This document shows, in pieces, positions 49,000-62,776 of a stretch of DNA of 64,000 nucleotides. A program made the translations under genes and the position numbers. Under the pieces are notes generated by a model, which saw only the letters and a list, made by a program, of their open reading frames with translations, did not search any database and was not told where the DNA came from. This DNA is from Felis catus. Lineage: Eukaryota. Position 1 is the stretch's first letter. Each line of letters starts with the position of its first letter. The stretch lies in contig NC_058383.1 in NCBI RefSeq assembly GCF_018350175.1, forward strand, positions 2,046,001 through 2,110,000. The letters are read 5' to 3'.

Positions 49000-51900
49000 G
49001 AAATCATTACAGATTTCACAGGAAGCTGCAAAGATAGAACAGAGAGGTCCTATGTTTTCCCCATTGGCTACATCTCGTGTAATCCTAGTGTCGGGTCGAA
49101 ACCAGGAGGTCGTTGACATTAGCACAACACGCGTGTCTCGTTCGTGTCCTGTGATCACGTGTGTAAATGTAGAGCCACCACTGCGACCAAGACCCAGGAT
49201 GCCCCATCCCCGTGCTGCCCCTTTGTCGTACAGCCGCCCCCAGGCCCAGCGCCCCTCACCCTGCAGACCACGAGTCTGGCTTCTCTCTCTGTAATGTTGT
49301 CTTTTCAAGAATGTCACCTAAGTGGGGTCATACGGGACATCACCTTTTGAAGCCAGCGATCCTCACGCAGCATGTGCCCTGATGCCAGGAAAAGGTTCAT
49401 CGTTTTTATCCCCGAGCCATCATCCGCGGGATGCCCCGCCACGGATGTGCCGCTGATAGTCCGCTAGCTTCATAGTGGGCGTGGTGGCCAGTGATGTTTG
49501 CTTGCTGTCCACACGTCCTCTTCAGTGAAACACCTTTGCATAGGTTTTGTCCATTTTCGAATTGGTTTTTTATTCATTTGGGGAGTTTTGTGAGTTCTTA
49601 CGTGTTCTAGATAGCCCTTCATCAGATATGTGGTTTGCAAATGTTTGCTTCCAGTCTTAGCTTGTGTTTCCATCCTTCAGGAGGGTCCTCTGCATGGCAG
49701 CAGTATTTGATTTTGATGAGGTTCAGTGCCTTGATTTTTTTTCTGGTATAGATGGTCATTTGGGTGTCAGTTCTAACCCCTAGATTTCGAAGATTTTCTC
49801 CACTATTATCTTCTAAACGTCTTATATTTTATATTTAATGTATGACCCATTTTGAGTTGGTTTTCTAAACCAGGGGTGATGTGTAGGTGGAAGTTACTTT
49901 TTTGCCTGTGGATATTCATTGGCTCCGGGATTGTTTATTGAAAAGGCAATCTGTTCTTCATCGAACTGCTCCCGCACTTTTGTCAAAAGTCAGCCGGCCA
50001 TACCTACGTGGGGTTTGTCGTGGGTTCTCTGTCCCGACCCATCAGTCTCTGCATGTGCCTCCTCCCAATACCCTCTGGTACTGGGATTTTTATAGGCATT
50101 GCATTAAATCTGTATATCAGATTGGAGAGGAGTGATACCTTCCCTGTGTTGAGCCTTCTAATCCATGAGCATGGTATGTCTTTCCATTTATTTGGTTTCT
50201 TTCGTCAGAGTTTGTGATTTCCAGCGTAGAAGTCTGTACACATTTTGTTAGATTCACATCTATGCATTTCAGGGTTTTTTTTTAAGTGATTGTACATGGT
50301 ATTGTATTTTTAACACAACAAAATGATACAACAAGCACAGATACAGTAATACCGCAAAAATAACCAACGTTTACTTCTTTAAAAATGACTTTGTTGAGAT
50401 GCAGTCAGCACAACATAAAATCTGTCGTGCGTGATTTCTAGTGAATTTACAGGATTGTGCAACCGCTACCACGATCGGGTTTCAGAACATTTCTATCACA
50501 CCAAAAGCTTGCCCCAGCCTTCGACAGGCAGCCTCTGCTTCCACCAGAGTCCCTGGTGTCTGCGTCCATAAGTCTGCCTTTTCTGAATACTCACGTACAT
50601 GGAATCCCACAGTACCCAGTCCTCCGTGGCCGGCTTCACCTAGCATCGTGTCCTTGGGGCTGATCCTGGTCGCAGGTGTCAGGACCTCATTCTTTTCTTG
50701 TAGAATAGTATTCCATGGTGTGGATGGACCACATCTGGCGATTCCATTCCCCAGGTGACCGGCACCTGGATTGTTTCCATTTGGGGGCTGTTATGTAGAT
50801 ACTGCAGTGAACATTCATATACTCGGTGTGTGGACCTATGTTTTCATTTCCCTCGGGCAGATTCCTGAGGGTGGAAATGCTGGGTCATACGGTAAGTTCA
50901 TGTTTAACTTTCTAAAGAAGCCGCCGCCGGGCTGCTTTCACAGAGCGAGTGTACAACGCGGGAGGCTTCCAACCGCCCCACATCCGTACCTGCACCTCGT
51001 TACTGTCTTTCTCGATTAGCCCTTCCAGTAGGTGTGTCCTGGCAGCTCATCAAGGTTCTCATTTGCATTTGCCTAATGACTGATGATGCTGAGCATCATG
51101 ATGATGCCGATAAGTAGGCTTATCAGTTCATATGTCTTCTCTGATGACCTGTCTGTTCAGGTCTTCTGCCCATTTTTACATCGGGTTATCTTCTTACTGA
51201 CTCCTGTTTGTTTTATCCATATGTGTATATGGATGCGAGTCTTTTATCAGATATGCACTCTGAACGTATTGTTCCTCAGTTTATACTTATCTTTTCATTT
51301 TCTTAATGGTGTCACAAGAGAAATGTAAAAAAATTTTAATATTTATTTATTTTTGAGAGAGAGATAGGGCAAGCAGGGGAGGGGCGGAGAGGGGACAGAG
51401 GATCCGAGGCAGAGGATCCGCACTGACAGCAGAGCACCCGATGTGGGGCTCGAACCCACCAACCACAAGATCATGACCTGAGCCGAAGTCAGACGCTTAA
51501 CCAGATGGGGCACCCGGGTGCTCCAAAGAGAAATTTTTTATTTGTGATGAAGTGCAGCTTATCGATTTTTCTTTTATGGATTGTGCTTTCTTGGTGTAAT
51601 GTCTAACCCAAGATCATGGAGGTTTCTTCTGTTTTCTTACAGAAGTTTTAGCTGTTACGGGGAGCATTTGATTGATTGGTTGTGTGCGGTATAAAGTTTA
51701 TCATTTGTTTTTTCCAGTACCTGATGGCTCTAGCGCCATTTGTTAAAAAGACTGTCCTTCCTCCGTTGAATTGTCTTGGTACTTTTGTTGAAAATCAACT
51801 GACCATAAGGGTGCCTGGATGGCTCAGTTGGTTGAGCATCCAACCTCGGCTCAGGTCATGACCTCACAGTCTGTGGGTTCGAGCCCCACACTGGGCTCCG

Positions 51901-54900
51901 TGCTGACAGCTCAAGAGCCTGGATCCTGCTTCAGATTCTGTGCCCCCCCCCCCACCACCACCTGCCACCTGCCCCTCCCCTGCTCACTCTCTGCCTTGCT
52001 CTGTCTCTCAAAAAATGAATGTGAAAAAAAATTTTTAATAAATTTAAAAAATTAAAAATAAGTAAATAAGTAAAAGAAAATCAACTGATCGTAAATACAA
52101 AGGCTAATTTCTGGATTCTCAGATCTGCTCCCCGAATCTATACGCCTGTCCTGTCTTGATTCCTGTGGTTTTATCGTAAGTTTGGAGGTTGGGTAGTGGT
52201 GATCCCCCAGCTTTGCTCCTCTCTTTCAAAGTTGTTTTGACTGTTCTAGGTCCTTTGAATTTCCATATAAATTTTGGGACCAGCTTGTCAATTCCTACCA
52301 CCTCCCCACCCCCAAAAAAAATCTCTTTGAGAAAGATTGCGTTGGATCTATAGATGACTTTCGGGGAGACTTGAACATGGAATGTCTCTCCATCCACTTA
52401 AATACTATTTTTAAATTCGCGTTAGTGATGTTTATTCTTTTCAGTATACAAGACTTGCCCTTCTTGTGTCGCATTTATTCTTTTTTTTTTAATTATTAAT
52501 ATAAAAGATGTACCTCAAAAATGGCCAGAGGGAAGAGATGTGCCGGGCAAGCTATGGGGAACAGGTGCAGAGCCGTCCTGGAGTGCACCACTCTCCCCAA
52601 ATCCCCAGGTGTTCACCACCCCTAGAAGCTCTCTGAACACCATCCTTTGGATTTTTATGAAGGCTTCGCCTCGCAGGCAAGGCTTGCTACCTGTCACATT
52701 TATTCTTAAGCATTGTGTTATTCTTTGTGCTATTGTGGATGGAATTATTAATTACATTTCACAGTGATCATTGCTTGTACATAGAACTGTAATTGAGATG
52801 CCTGGGTGACTCGGTTAAGCGCCTGACTCTTGATTTTAGCTCAAGTCATGATCTCACAGTTCGTGGGATCGAGCCCCGCATTGGGCTCTGTGGAGCCTAC
52901 TGGGGATCCTCTCTCTCCTCTCTCTGCCCCTCCCTGGCATGCACACACGTGCTCTCGCACGTGCGCGCTCTCTCTCTGAGATAAACAAGTAAACATTAAA
53001 GAGAGAGAGAACTATAATTGATTTCTTTTGTTTTTGAAGATCAAAAACATACCCTGCCACCTTCCTAACCTGGTTTGTCAGTTCTGGTAGCTCTTTGGGG
53101 GATTCCTGAGGATTTTTTACACAAAGGACCACGTCAGCTGTGAATGAAGGTAGTTTTTCTTCTTCCTTGGCAATCTGGATTTCTTTAGTTTCTTTCGTTT
53201 TAGTTCATTTTATTTTTTCCTTATTCCACTGGCCAGAGTCTTCAGCATAATGTTGAATAACAAGGATAACAGATATCCTTGGTTTGTTAGAGGGGGAAGA
53301 ACTCAGCCTGTCATCCATTAAGTACAGTTATTAGCTGTAACTCTTCATCGATGCCTGTATCTGTTTGAGGAAATTCCTGTCTATCTCTGGTCTGTCCCAA
53401 TTTTTGTTACGGCCGAGTGTCAGTGTTTGTCAGATGCTTCTCCTGCATTTGTTGACACGATCACGTGGGTTTTGTCCTTTATTCTGTTCATGCAGGTTAA
53501 CTGGGTTTTCAACGTTAAGCCAACTTTGCATTCCCGGAATAAGTCCTGCTTGGTCATGCTGTGGGGTCCTTTTTACATGTTGCTGCATTCGGTTTGAACA
53601 TTTTGTTGAGGATTCTTACATCTGTGTTCGTTCCTGAAGACGTCCGCAGTTTCCTTCGACTGGCTTTACAATGTTGCCCTTGTCCTTTATCTTGTGGTGA
53701 ATCGGGCATTATTTCTTCTTGAAGCATTTGCTGGAATTTAACAGTAATGCCGTCGGGGCTGGACTGGCAGTAGCGGGAAGGTGTGGGCGAAGCCACCCCA
53801 GCTCTCTTACGGCTGCTGTTTGCATATCCGTGTGCCTTCATCCGTTTGTGTCTTTGAATCCAAGACTTAGATAGCATACAACTGGAGCTTAACTTTTTAA
53901 AGCATGAAACAGTAGAGTCGGCAAACCTCTGCCTTCTGATTGGGATGTTTAGGCCCCAGTTTACATGTCGCGTAATTATTGACATAATCAGCGTCTGTCA
54001 ACCTAATTCTGTGGCCCTCCAGTACCGACCGAGGGTCCTACAATTCGTTTCGGTTCTGACCCTGTGGGGTCATCGCAGACCCCACAGGTGGGGGGCTGGG
54101 TCCCGTAAGCTGACGTCAGCTGTGGGCCTGGGGTCCCCAGGCTGCGCACACACGGGTCTGACTTGGCTGCACGTTCGTCTTTCCCACGACCTCCCTCAGG
54201 TCAGTAATTCACTAGAATGACCCACAGAACACCAGAAAGCACCGCACTCAGGATTGCAGTCACATGACGAAAAATGCAACTCCAGAACAGCCAAATGGAG
54301 GAGACAGCATGGGCCAAGGTGCGGGGGACGTGGGGCGTCAAGGTTCCACACGCTCTCCGGACGCACCACCCTCCCAACATACACGTTTCCACCTGGAATC
54401 TCCCCAGACCCTCTCTGTTTAGGGAGTCTAGCTGGGGTCTCACTACTGAGGCATGGCTGATTAGATCATTGGCCATTAACGATTGGACTTGGTCTTGAGC
54501 CCCTCTCCCTTTCCTGGGGGGAGGGAGGAGTGAAAGTTCCAACCCTCTGCCCCGAGGTTGGTGCCTCCGGGGACCACCCCGCCATCCAGAGCCCTTCCCG
54601 CCACCCCATCAGCATAAACCCAGGTGTGGGCTGCAGGGGCTTATGAGGAGTAACAGAAGGTAACACTCAGGAAATCCTACAGGTTTTAGGAGCTCCGTGC
54701 CAGGAACAAAGACCAAAGACATACACTTGATTATTCCACACTTAGGCTCACATCTTTCATTTTGCTGTTTACTTTCTATATGTCTCTTCTCTATATTTTC
54801 TTCCTCTGTTCCTCCTTCGCTACCTTCTTTCGTGTCTTATAAATAGTTTTTAGTGTGCCATTTAAATTTCTCTGTTGAGTTTTGTAACTGTATTTTTTAG

Positions 54901-55670
54901 TTTTTTTCTCATAGTGATCGCCCTGGGGATTGCACGCGCCTCCCATCACAGTCTCTTTCTGATTAACACTGACTTCATTCCAGGGGTACCTGGGTGACTC
55001 AGTCGGTTAAGCGTCCAGCTTCGGCTTAGGTCATGATCTCACAGCCTATGAGTTCGAGCCCCGCATCGGGCTCTGTGCTGACAGCTCGGAACCTGGAGCC
55101 TGCTTCGGATTCTCTGTCTCCTTCTCTCTCTGCCCCTCCCCCGCTCATGCTCTTTCTCTCTCTCAAAAATAAGTAAAAACATATTTAAATTTTTTAAAAA
55201 AATACTGACTTCTTTCCAGTAAAACCTAGCAACTTTGCTGCTTGTAACTGCGTCTCTCCCCACTGCCCCATGCTGTTGGCGATACACTACATCAGGGAGA
55301 TGCACGCACGTGGTCTCGTACGTTGATGCACTCAGTTATCACCCCCAGCACTTTTCATTCTGTCTGTGGATTCGGGCTACCACCTTGTGTCACTTCTGTG
55401 CAGCCTGGAGGACTTCTAGCATTTATTGTGAGAAGGTCTGCTAGCAACGAATTCCCTTAGACTTTTCACACCTGGGAACGGTTTTACTGCATCATCATTT
55501 TTGAACGACAGTTTTGCTGGATATGAGATTCCGGGTTGGCTTTTTTTTTTTCCCCCTTGAGCACTTTGACCAACTCATTCTCACTGTCTTCACCGGCTTC
55601 TCTGGTTTCTGATGAGAAGTGAGCCGCTGATCCTTTCGCTCCTGAACATGTGAGGATTCTTTTCCTCTTG
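49000..55670 (-). mobile_element. Cluster of old LINE-1 fragments with nested CAN-SINEs (~51325-51524 -, ~51808-52075 +, ~52795-53000 +, ~54982-55202 +)
   Basis: Minus-strand L1-like peptides (IDKLVPKFIWKFKGPR, VKNPQESPKELPELTN, ILNKMF) in AT-rich sequence. Confidence 0.85.
53995..54742 (+). mobile_element. LTR-class element (MER21-like solo LTR) nested in the L1 cluster
   Basis: TG...CA-bounded GC-richer block with gaggcatggctgattagatcattggccat and gtgccaggaac...aaagaccaaa motifs. Confidence 0.55.
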
Positions 55671-58600
55671 CTGTCACGTACTTTTCTCCCCGGTTTGCTC
55701 GTGAACTGGTGGCGGCCACGGGCCAGCAGGTGCATGAATAGCCCCGTCCTTGCAAACTTTGTTCAAGACCCGAGTCTGGGAAACAGAGGCGTCAAGCAGC
55801 CTGGCCTTGCTGATCTGGGCGGTGAGAAGAAGGGTGCAGCTAGAAGACCCTGCAGGTGCCTTCAGTCTCTGAGAGGGGAGGGCAGACCCGGGATCGTCCA
55901 CACTCCAGCACCACACCGCGCAGGGCAGGGCAGGGCTCCAAAGGAAAGCTGGCGTGTGCTGCGAAAGGGGCAGATGAAACCGTGTCCCCTCCCTCTGGAT
56001 GGGGAGGAATTAAGGAAGGTGACAGTTTTCAGGGAGACAGTGGAGAGAAGGGCGTATGGGCAGAGTGGTCAGTGGGGCAAAGGTTTGGAGGCAACACTGT
56101 GCAAACAGCATGTGCTCTCCCTGCCTGGGGACAGGAGCACAGAGTGCGGGAGGGACTGCTGAAGCCACTGGTGTTGGCTCACACGTGCTCGTGATCCAGG
56201 TCAGAGGAACCCTGACATTGTGCCAGTGCTGCCTGGCATAGGGTGGGCGTGCCCCCCGCCCGCCCCAGTGCCTGGTTGCTGCAAGCCCTGACTCGGAGCC
56301 TTGTCCCAAGGCTGCCCCAGACTCTCGGATGCACTTCTCCAGGCCTCCGTTTCCCCATCCACGAAGCCAGGGTGCACTCACCTTCCCAGAGCTGCCGGGA
56401 CGCTGGAGCGTGGGAAAGTGCTCAGCTACACGTCCACGGCCGAAGACACGCCAAGGCCATTGTGCCAGCCCGGTCTCCTGGGCACTTGCCACACTCTGGC
56501 GCCCAAACAATGCCCGCCTCTGAGCGGAGCTGCGGGTGGGCCGTAACCATGGTGAAGGGCCCTGCAAGGCAGCAGCACCGACTGCCTGTCCAGGGCCAGC
56601 CCGGCCGGCGGCCCCGGTTACGGCTTTGTCCTGCGGGCTGGAACTGGTCCCGTGCGGGCTCAGAATGGCTGGCTGTCAGGGGGGGACAGCGCATACTGAA
56701 AAGAAGCGGACTCGTGGCTGGAGAGGGGGTTGAGGTTGACGCGAGGGTAGGGGCGCTGTTTCCAGGGTCCTGAAACCTGGTTTCAGGTTTGGGTGGGAGC
56801 ACGGCCTGGCTCACTGTGCCTGCCGGCGGTGCCTTCCCCACACAAGGAGCCTCTCCACACACCCCCACGCCCTTTCCCTCTGTGCAGAGCCCCACAAGGT
56901 GCAGGGCCTTGGTGCCCCCGGAAGGAGGCTGCCTCTCCAAGTTCCGGGATGTTCCAGGCAGCTGGCCAGAGAACGCAGGGTCCCCTGTGGGCTTCCCTGG
57001 GCTCTCTCACAGCCTGGATGTGCCTTGGCCACTGACTCTGCCCCCTTCCCACGAAGTGTGGGGCCTCTGCCAGGATGCAGAGTAACCAACTCCTCTTCAG
57101 CCATGGGGGTCAGAGTCTCCCCAAAAACTGTTTACAAAGCCATGTTTGCAAACTTAAGACCTCATTTTTTTTTTAAGTAAGGAGGAAAACAATAAAATCA
57201 GCACTGAATATTTCCAACTACAACCACCCTAATATCTAGAAGACTCTGGCGTGAAATTGCCGGGGTTCAAATCCCAGCTTTGCCACAGACATGCTGTGTG
57301 ACCTTGGGCAGATGCCTCCCCTCCCTGTGTGTGAAACCCCTCATCTACAAAGACCGCCACATAGGGCTCTTGTGAGGATAAGTGAGGTCATCGCTGAGTG
57401 TTTCGAAAGGACGCTTGCTCTCCTGAGCCCTGGGAGCCTGGCCCCGCTGTCTGTAGGACCCCACCCTCCACGGACCTCCCTGGCCTGACAAGCCTTGTCC
57501 CCGGGTCCCACCAGGCCACCGGCCAGAGGGGACGACCCTAGGGTCAGGCATCCATACCAGCACCACCTCCTGGAGGAGAACCGTCGAGCCCCCAAGAGCC
57601 AGGGCTGTGGGCTCCACCCAGTCAGCTGGGGGTCAGCGCACCGGGCTCCCTCGGTGACATCCGTGGTGCACTGGCACTGCACCTGGGGTGCCCTGCAGAG
57701 AAGGGGTGTGAACAGGGGGTGCTGTGCTCCCTTTTTGTCTACCCACCCCCACCTGCCCGGCAGTCCTGGGGACAGGGCAGAGGGGGGAAGCCTTTGGGTC
57801 TCATCCAGGAGGAGTGCTCCCAAGGGAAAAGGACCTCAGTGCCCAGGTGCAGAGAGGACACGATCCTCCGGCAAGTATCCCCAAGATGAGAAACCCCCCA
57901 TGTGCCCTCCCCCATCTCAGCCACCCTGCTTGGCCCGCTTTCACCTCTACCCCAGGCATCACCTGCCTCAGGCACTGGGTAGAAGCCGCAACCCCTGCCC
58001 CAACCCCTCCTTCCGGGGGGTCCCTCCTGCCCAGGGTCCCTCCCCCAGCCCCACCCGCACATGTGCCCAAAGTGCCCCAGCGTTCCCTCCCCCTGGGTCC
58101 TGCAGCTCACGTCCTCCTGCCCGGGAGGCTCTGCGGCCACCTTGGGGGCAGGGGGAAGAATGGGAGGGCACTTCAGGGTTGTAGTGTGCCTCTGGAGCAA
58201 AGGGCTGCTTGGTGCTGAAAAGACAGCTCCAGCGGCCGGGCCTGTGGAGTCTGGAGTCCGGAAGGAGGGAGCTTGGGAGGCCCTCCTGCCCCACTCGTGG
58301 CCTGTGCCTGTGCTGCCTGATGACCAGTGGCCGAGGGCTGGGGGCCCAGGCCGGGTGGGGAGGGAGCTGAGACCCGCGTCCAGGTACTACCGCCGCCCCC
58401 CGCTGTTGTTCACACCTTGCCCCGCTTGCCCCTCTCAGTGCACCAAGTGTCCCCCGCCCGGCCGCCCCAGGGCCCCACAGCCCCCAGGCTTATGGAGGCA
58501 GCCGTTACCCCATTTTGCAGAAGAAGAAACCAGTTTTCAAAAAAGAGGCGTGAAAGAATACTGGATGCTAGTTAAGGATGTGTGTGCTGGGAGGTCCGGG

Positions 58601-59990
58601 TGCAGGGCAGAGTTGAAGTGCACGGACACCCAGGACTGCTGGCCGGGGGGAGGCAGTGGAGACGGTGTTATTTCTGTATCCAGACAGCGTGTTTACGGGT
58701 GTTCGCTGAAAGCCACTTCCAGCTTCCACATGTTTGAAAGTTTTCATGACAAAATGTCAGGGCGGGATTGAAAATGCACATTGATGCAGACGGGCACTTC
58801 AGCCTGCCGTCCCCTCCCCAGGTTCCTGGAGCCAGCTCCACAGCCCGGTTTCCGCACCCCACCCCCCCGCCCCCAAGATGCCCGAGGGAGACTCAAGTCT
58901 CCGACTGCACGGGACTTCTGGTGTGGACACCTGCAGGGCCCCAGTGATGGGGGTCCTGGAGCCTAAGAGCCCTTCCCTCTCACAGAGACTGCCCTGGGGC
59001 CAGAGGTAGTGATGGGTTGGCCACTCGAGGCCACCTCTGCCCCAAGCACATTGCCCCGGTAGCCCCAGCCCTCCTGGGTCGTGATGACACATGGTCAGAG
59101 CTCAGCATCATGGGAGCCATACGGGGCCAGAGTGGTTGTAACTGAACTTGAAAGAAGAGGAGACATCCACGGCCTGGCAGGGAGCAGCTCAGCACGCAGG
59201 TAGTGGAGGGGCTCAGGTAGACCACATCTCCTGTGCTCACCGCCGCCCCATCTATGCGTTCCATCCTCCAGCCCATGCCAGGTCCCGGGTTCCACAGCGA
59301 ATTACGCAGGTGGGGCCTCTCTGTTCTCAATGCCCTCCAGACCCAGGCTCTCATTCTGGGGAAACTAAAAGTGGGTCTTTGCCACTTGGATTTGGGGATG
59401 GGGAAAACCCGTGTCTGGAGCGCCCTCTGCTGGGTGGTCTGTTTCTCATGGGGCCCAAGAGGTTCAAGGAAGGGGCTGGACTATTGGGGGGGGGGGGCTG
59501 GAAGGCACTCCCCACCCTGGGGTGTCCAGGTGAGGCAAAGCAGGACAAACGTTGGCTTTAGACCAAAGGCTCGAACTGACTGCCCCTGGGACCTTGCTTA
59601 GAAGTCAATGCTGGTGTAGGCCTCACCATAGAGGCCAGTATTTAAAAACAGATTTCAGATAAGTTAACTTCAGATCTTTTAAACCCAGAAGATCTGCTCA
59701 CTTGCACACTTCCCTGCACACGGGTGGAAGGGGCTGAGTGTGGTGGAGTATGCACCTTCCTGGTAGCCACAGACCTCACCAGCCCCTATTGCCTGCACCC
59801 ACCGGCCTCACGTAGTCACGTGGGCCCGTGGCCATTTGCACTCTCTCCTCCACCATCCAGAGGGCTGGTACCTTAGGCCATCCAGTGGCATCCGAAGCCT
59901 GTGGACTCGTAGACCCAAACCTCCAGGGGCCACTTCCTCCTCGCCAAGGCTTCTGTGCTTCCCCAGACAGGCCAGGCCCAGTGAGTCCCC

Positions 59991-59992
<2 letters not shown>

Positions 59993-60043
<51 letters not shown>
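59993..60043. repeat. (CA)n microsatellite
   Basis: Perfect AC run. Confidence 0.97.
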
Positions 60044-60045
<2 letters not shown>

Positions 60046-62726
60046 GGAGAAGGAAACGGGTCCTCTGAGAGATTAGGCTCCCTTTTCCCAGAGCAGGGGG
60101 CTGCTCCGATTTGACGTCTTTCAACTCCTTTGGCTTGAGTGCACCACCCTGCTGATGTCTTAGGGTCTCTGAAAGGCATCAAGGAATGTGTGTCCTCCTT
60201 CCAAGGAGCCTCTGTTGTGGCACAGAGGAGGGACAGAGATGCGGGGGGGGAGAAGAGCAGGTTTAAGTCGACGCTAGCATTCGCTTCCAGTCACCAGGGA
60301 AACGGGCTGACGTGGTGGGTCATGACCTGCCTGTCCCTGGAAAGGTTTAGGCGGGGCCTGGTCCCACGTATTCACTAACTTAGCAGATATTTGTTGGTGT
60401 GTACGATGTGCCACGCATTGCTTCAGGTGTGAGGAGTCCCGTGGTGAGCATCCTGCCCAGCTGGCTGTGTCCTGGCACTGAATGTCGGCGGGGGGAGGTT
60501 GCTGGGGGCCCTGTGACGTGGGAAATCCCGGGACCACAATGTGCCACTTGGGATGGAGGCCTGGAGAGTGAAAAGGAGCAAGCCAGGCTGAGTCCTGAGG
60601 CAGAGCGACAGGGAGGAGCTGGTGCAAAGGCCCTGAGGCAGAGACAGCACCGTGAGTCCCAGGATGGAAGAGACCGATGAGCAAGGGGACGGATGAAGCC
60701 AAAGGTGGGGGAGGGGATCGCATTTGTTCTCAGCTCTTGAGTTCAGGGACCAGCTTCGGTGGAAGCCCGTATGACTCTGTGGCCCCTGCTGGGGGGTGAT
60801 GTCTCTCGCTTGTCCAAGTCTCTGAGTGATGTTCCTCAAGTCCGTTGTTCACTTCTCCACTTATTCATTCAGCAAATGTGCCCAGAGCTCGCTGTGCTCT
60901 GGGGCGGCCAGGGCTGGGTGCTGGGCTGAGACCTGGTCCCCGACCCCGAGAAGAGTCAGTGTGACAGGGGGTGGGGAGTAGAGGCAAGTGGAGATCAGGG
61001 AGGCCTTCCCAGAGGAGTTATCATCTGAGCTGAGGGACCGGCCACGGGACTGCCATGCTACAATGGGACACAGTTACAGACAGGCCAGACAGGCACCTAC
61101 ACACGGTGTGCGGAGGGCAGGGGGGAGTCAGGACAGAGGAGGGTGTGCCACCCCTACAGCAGGACCCTCTGAGATCACAGCTCCCCGCACCCCCTTTCCC
61201 AGAGGGGAGACTGAGGCTCAGGAACACAGTGGGTCTGGCGCCCTGTGGTCCGAATTGGCCCCCTGGCAGCTTGTAGCCTGGAGTGGACCAAGGGCTGATT
61301 CAAAGCTGACTCAGCTCAGACCAGCGGTTGAGGGGCAGAGTGTGTGTGTGCATGTGCATGCATGTGCACACGCATGCATATGCGTGAGATCTGTCAGACC
61401 TGGATTTTTTGGCTTCACCCCTCATTTGCTGAGCAAGCTTCGTCAAGTAACTGGACCTCTCTGAGCCCGTTTGGCCCAGATCGTGGGAGACAGTGCGGGC
61501 CTGGCCCTTGGTAGAGCCCAGCAACACTCGCACGCGGCGTCTGACTCTGAGCTTCAGGCCATCCCCGGGCCCAGTGCTCCCCCCCACCCCCCACAGGAAA
61601 AGACAGCCTGGCATCGTCTTTTACTTTTCCCCCCTCCCACCTTGCATTGCTACTGGGGACACAACTCTTCCCCATGAGGGGAGCCTTTTGTCTGCAGGGA
61701 AACTGAGGCCCAGAGAGGGTGTGCAGCCAGCTCAAGTCACAAAGCAGGGGCCTGGCACCTTGAGCAGGGGAGCCGCTGTCTCTGGGCACAGAGTCCCCAG
61801 GAGCAGAAACGGCCTGGCCTGATCACAGATGCAGACACGTGGGTGACCCCCTTCCCGCCACCCCAGTCCTCCCCAGGGTGCATGTTGGCCTGCCGGCCCC
61901 TAGCTTCCCAGTTGACACAAAACACCAGGCCTCCCCCAGGCAGGGGGCGGGGCGGGAAGGGGCTCCTGGGCCAGCTGGGCTGTGGCCACAGGCAGGGAAG
62001 TGCACGGAGACAGGAAGGAAGCAGCACCCCTGGAGTCTGGGGCCACCATTGTCTCACCTGGGGGTGGGGGGGCCGAGACGGCCCCTCAGCTCAGGACGGC
62101 AGCGAGTCAGGCCGCTGGGCTGTCCCCTGTCTGGGCCCCGCCCCGCTGCCAACTTCTCCACACTAGTCTCAGTGTCCCTGTCTAGAAAACCTCAGAAGGC
62201 CAGATGCACGTGGTGTCTGGAATTCTGCAGCAGGTGACAGTCTGACAAGTGCCGGCCAGCCAGCCAGTGCTTCTCCTGAAACAGCTCATCTGCGCCTCCC
62301 TGACGATTCGCTATGAGCGGAGGGCTCCTGTTGTCCCCCGAAGTTCAGGAACTTGCCCAAGGTCACACATCAGGGCAGCGGGGCTGGAACTCAGATCCAA
62401 GCAGCAGGTTCCGAAGTCCAGGGCCTGAACTGCTCAGCCTTCCCGTCTGCTACCCTGACCTGCTTTTCTTTAAATAACTCGCTGGTACGGGCTAATTACT
62501 TGTTAAGCCTCATCCTGGGCTGTGACATCACCTATTTAACTCAGATAGATGGATAAACAGATGATAAATCGATAGATAAGGAGACGCATGTATGCGTAGA
62601 TACGTAGATGGGAGATAGATGAGCTGGGTCTGAAGCCAGCCCTGGAGGATGGCCAGCTGCACTCAGTGTCCCCAGACGCGGCCCTCCAGGGCTCCCTCCC
62701 TTCCTCTCCCCCTCTGCCCCCCCCCT

Positions 62727-62729
<3 letters not shown>

Positions 62730-62773
<44 letters not shown>
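62730..62773. repeat. (CA)n microsatellite
   Basis: Perfect CA run. Confidence 0.97.

Positions 62774-62776
<3 letters not shown>

Larger units (their letters stand above)
12470..59713 (-). pseudogene. Candidate large decayed multi-exon gene antisense to CHST12 (identity unknown)
   Basis: Repeated minus-strand acceptor/donor pairs enclose unique protein-like sequence (e.g. 15109-15229, 16741-16780, 17522-17600, 26234-26304, 36946-37109, 48161-48224, 55682-55775, 59241-59355, 59627-59713), with stops and frameshifts. Confidence 0.4.

Noticed and set aside
59627..59713. ADLLGLKDLKLTYLKSVFKYWPL as a FERM or BTB domain fragment
   Set aside because: The resemblance is short and ambiguous, and neighbouring blocks do not extend either domain.
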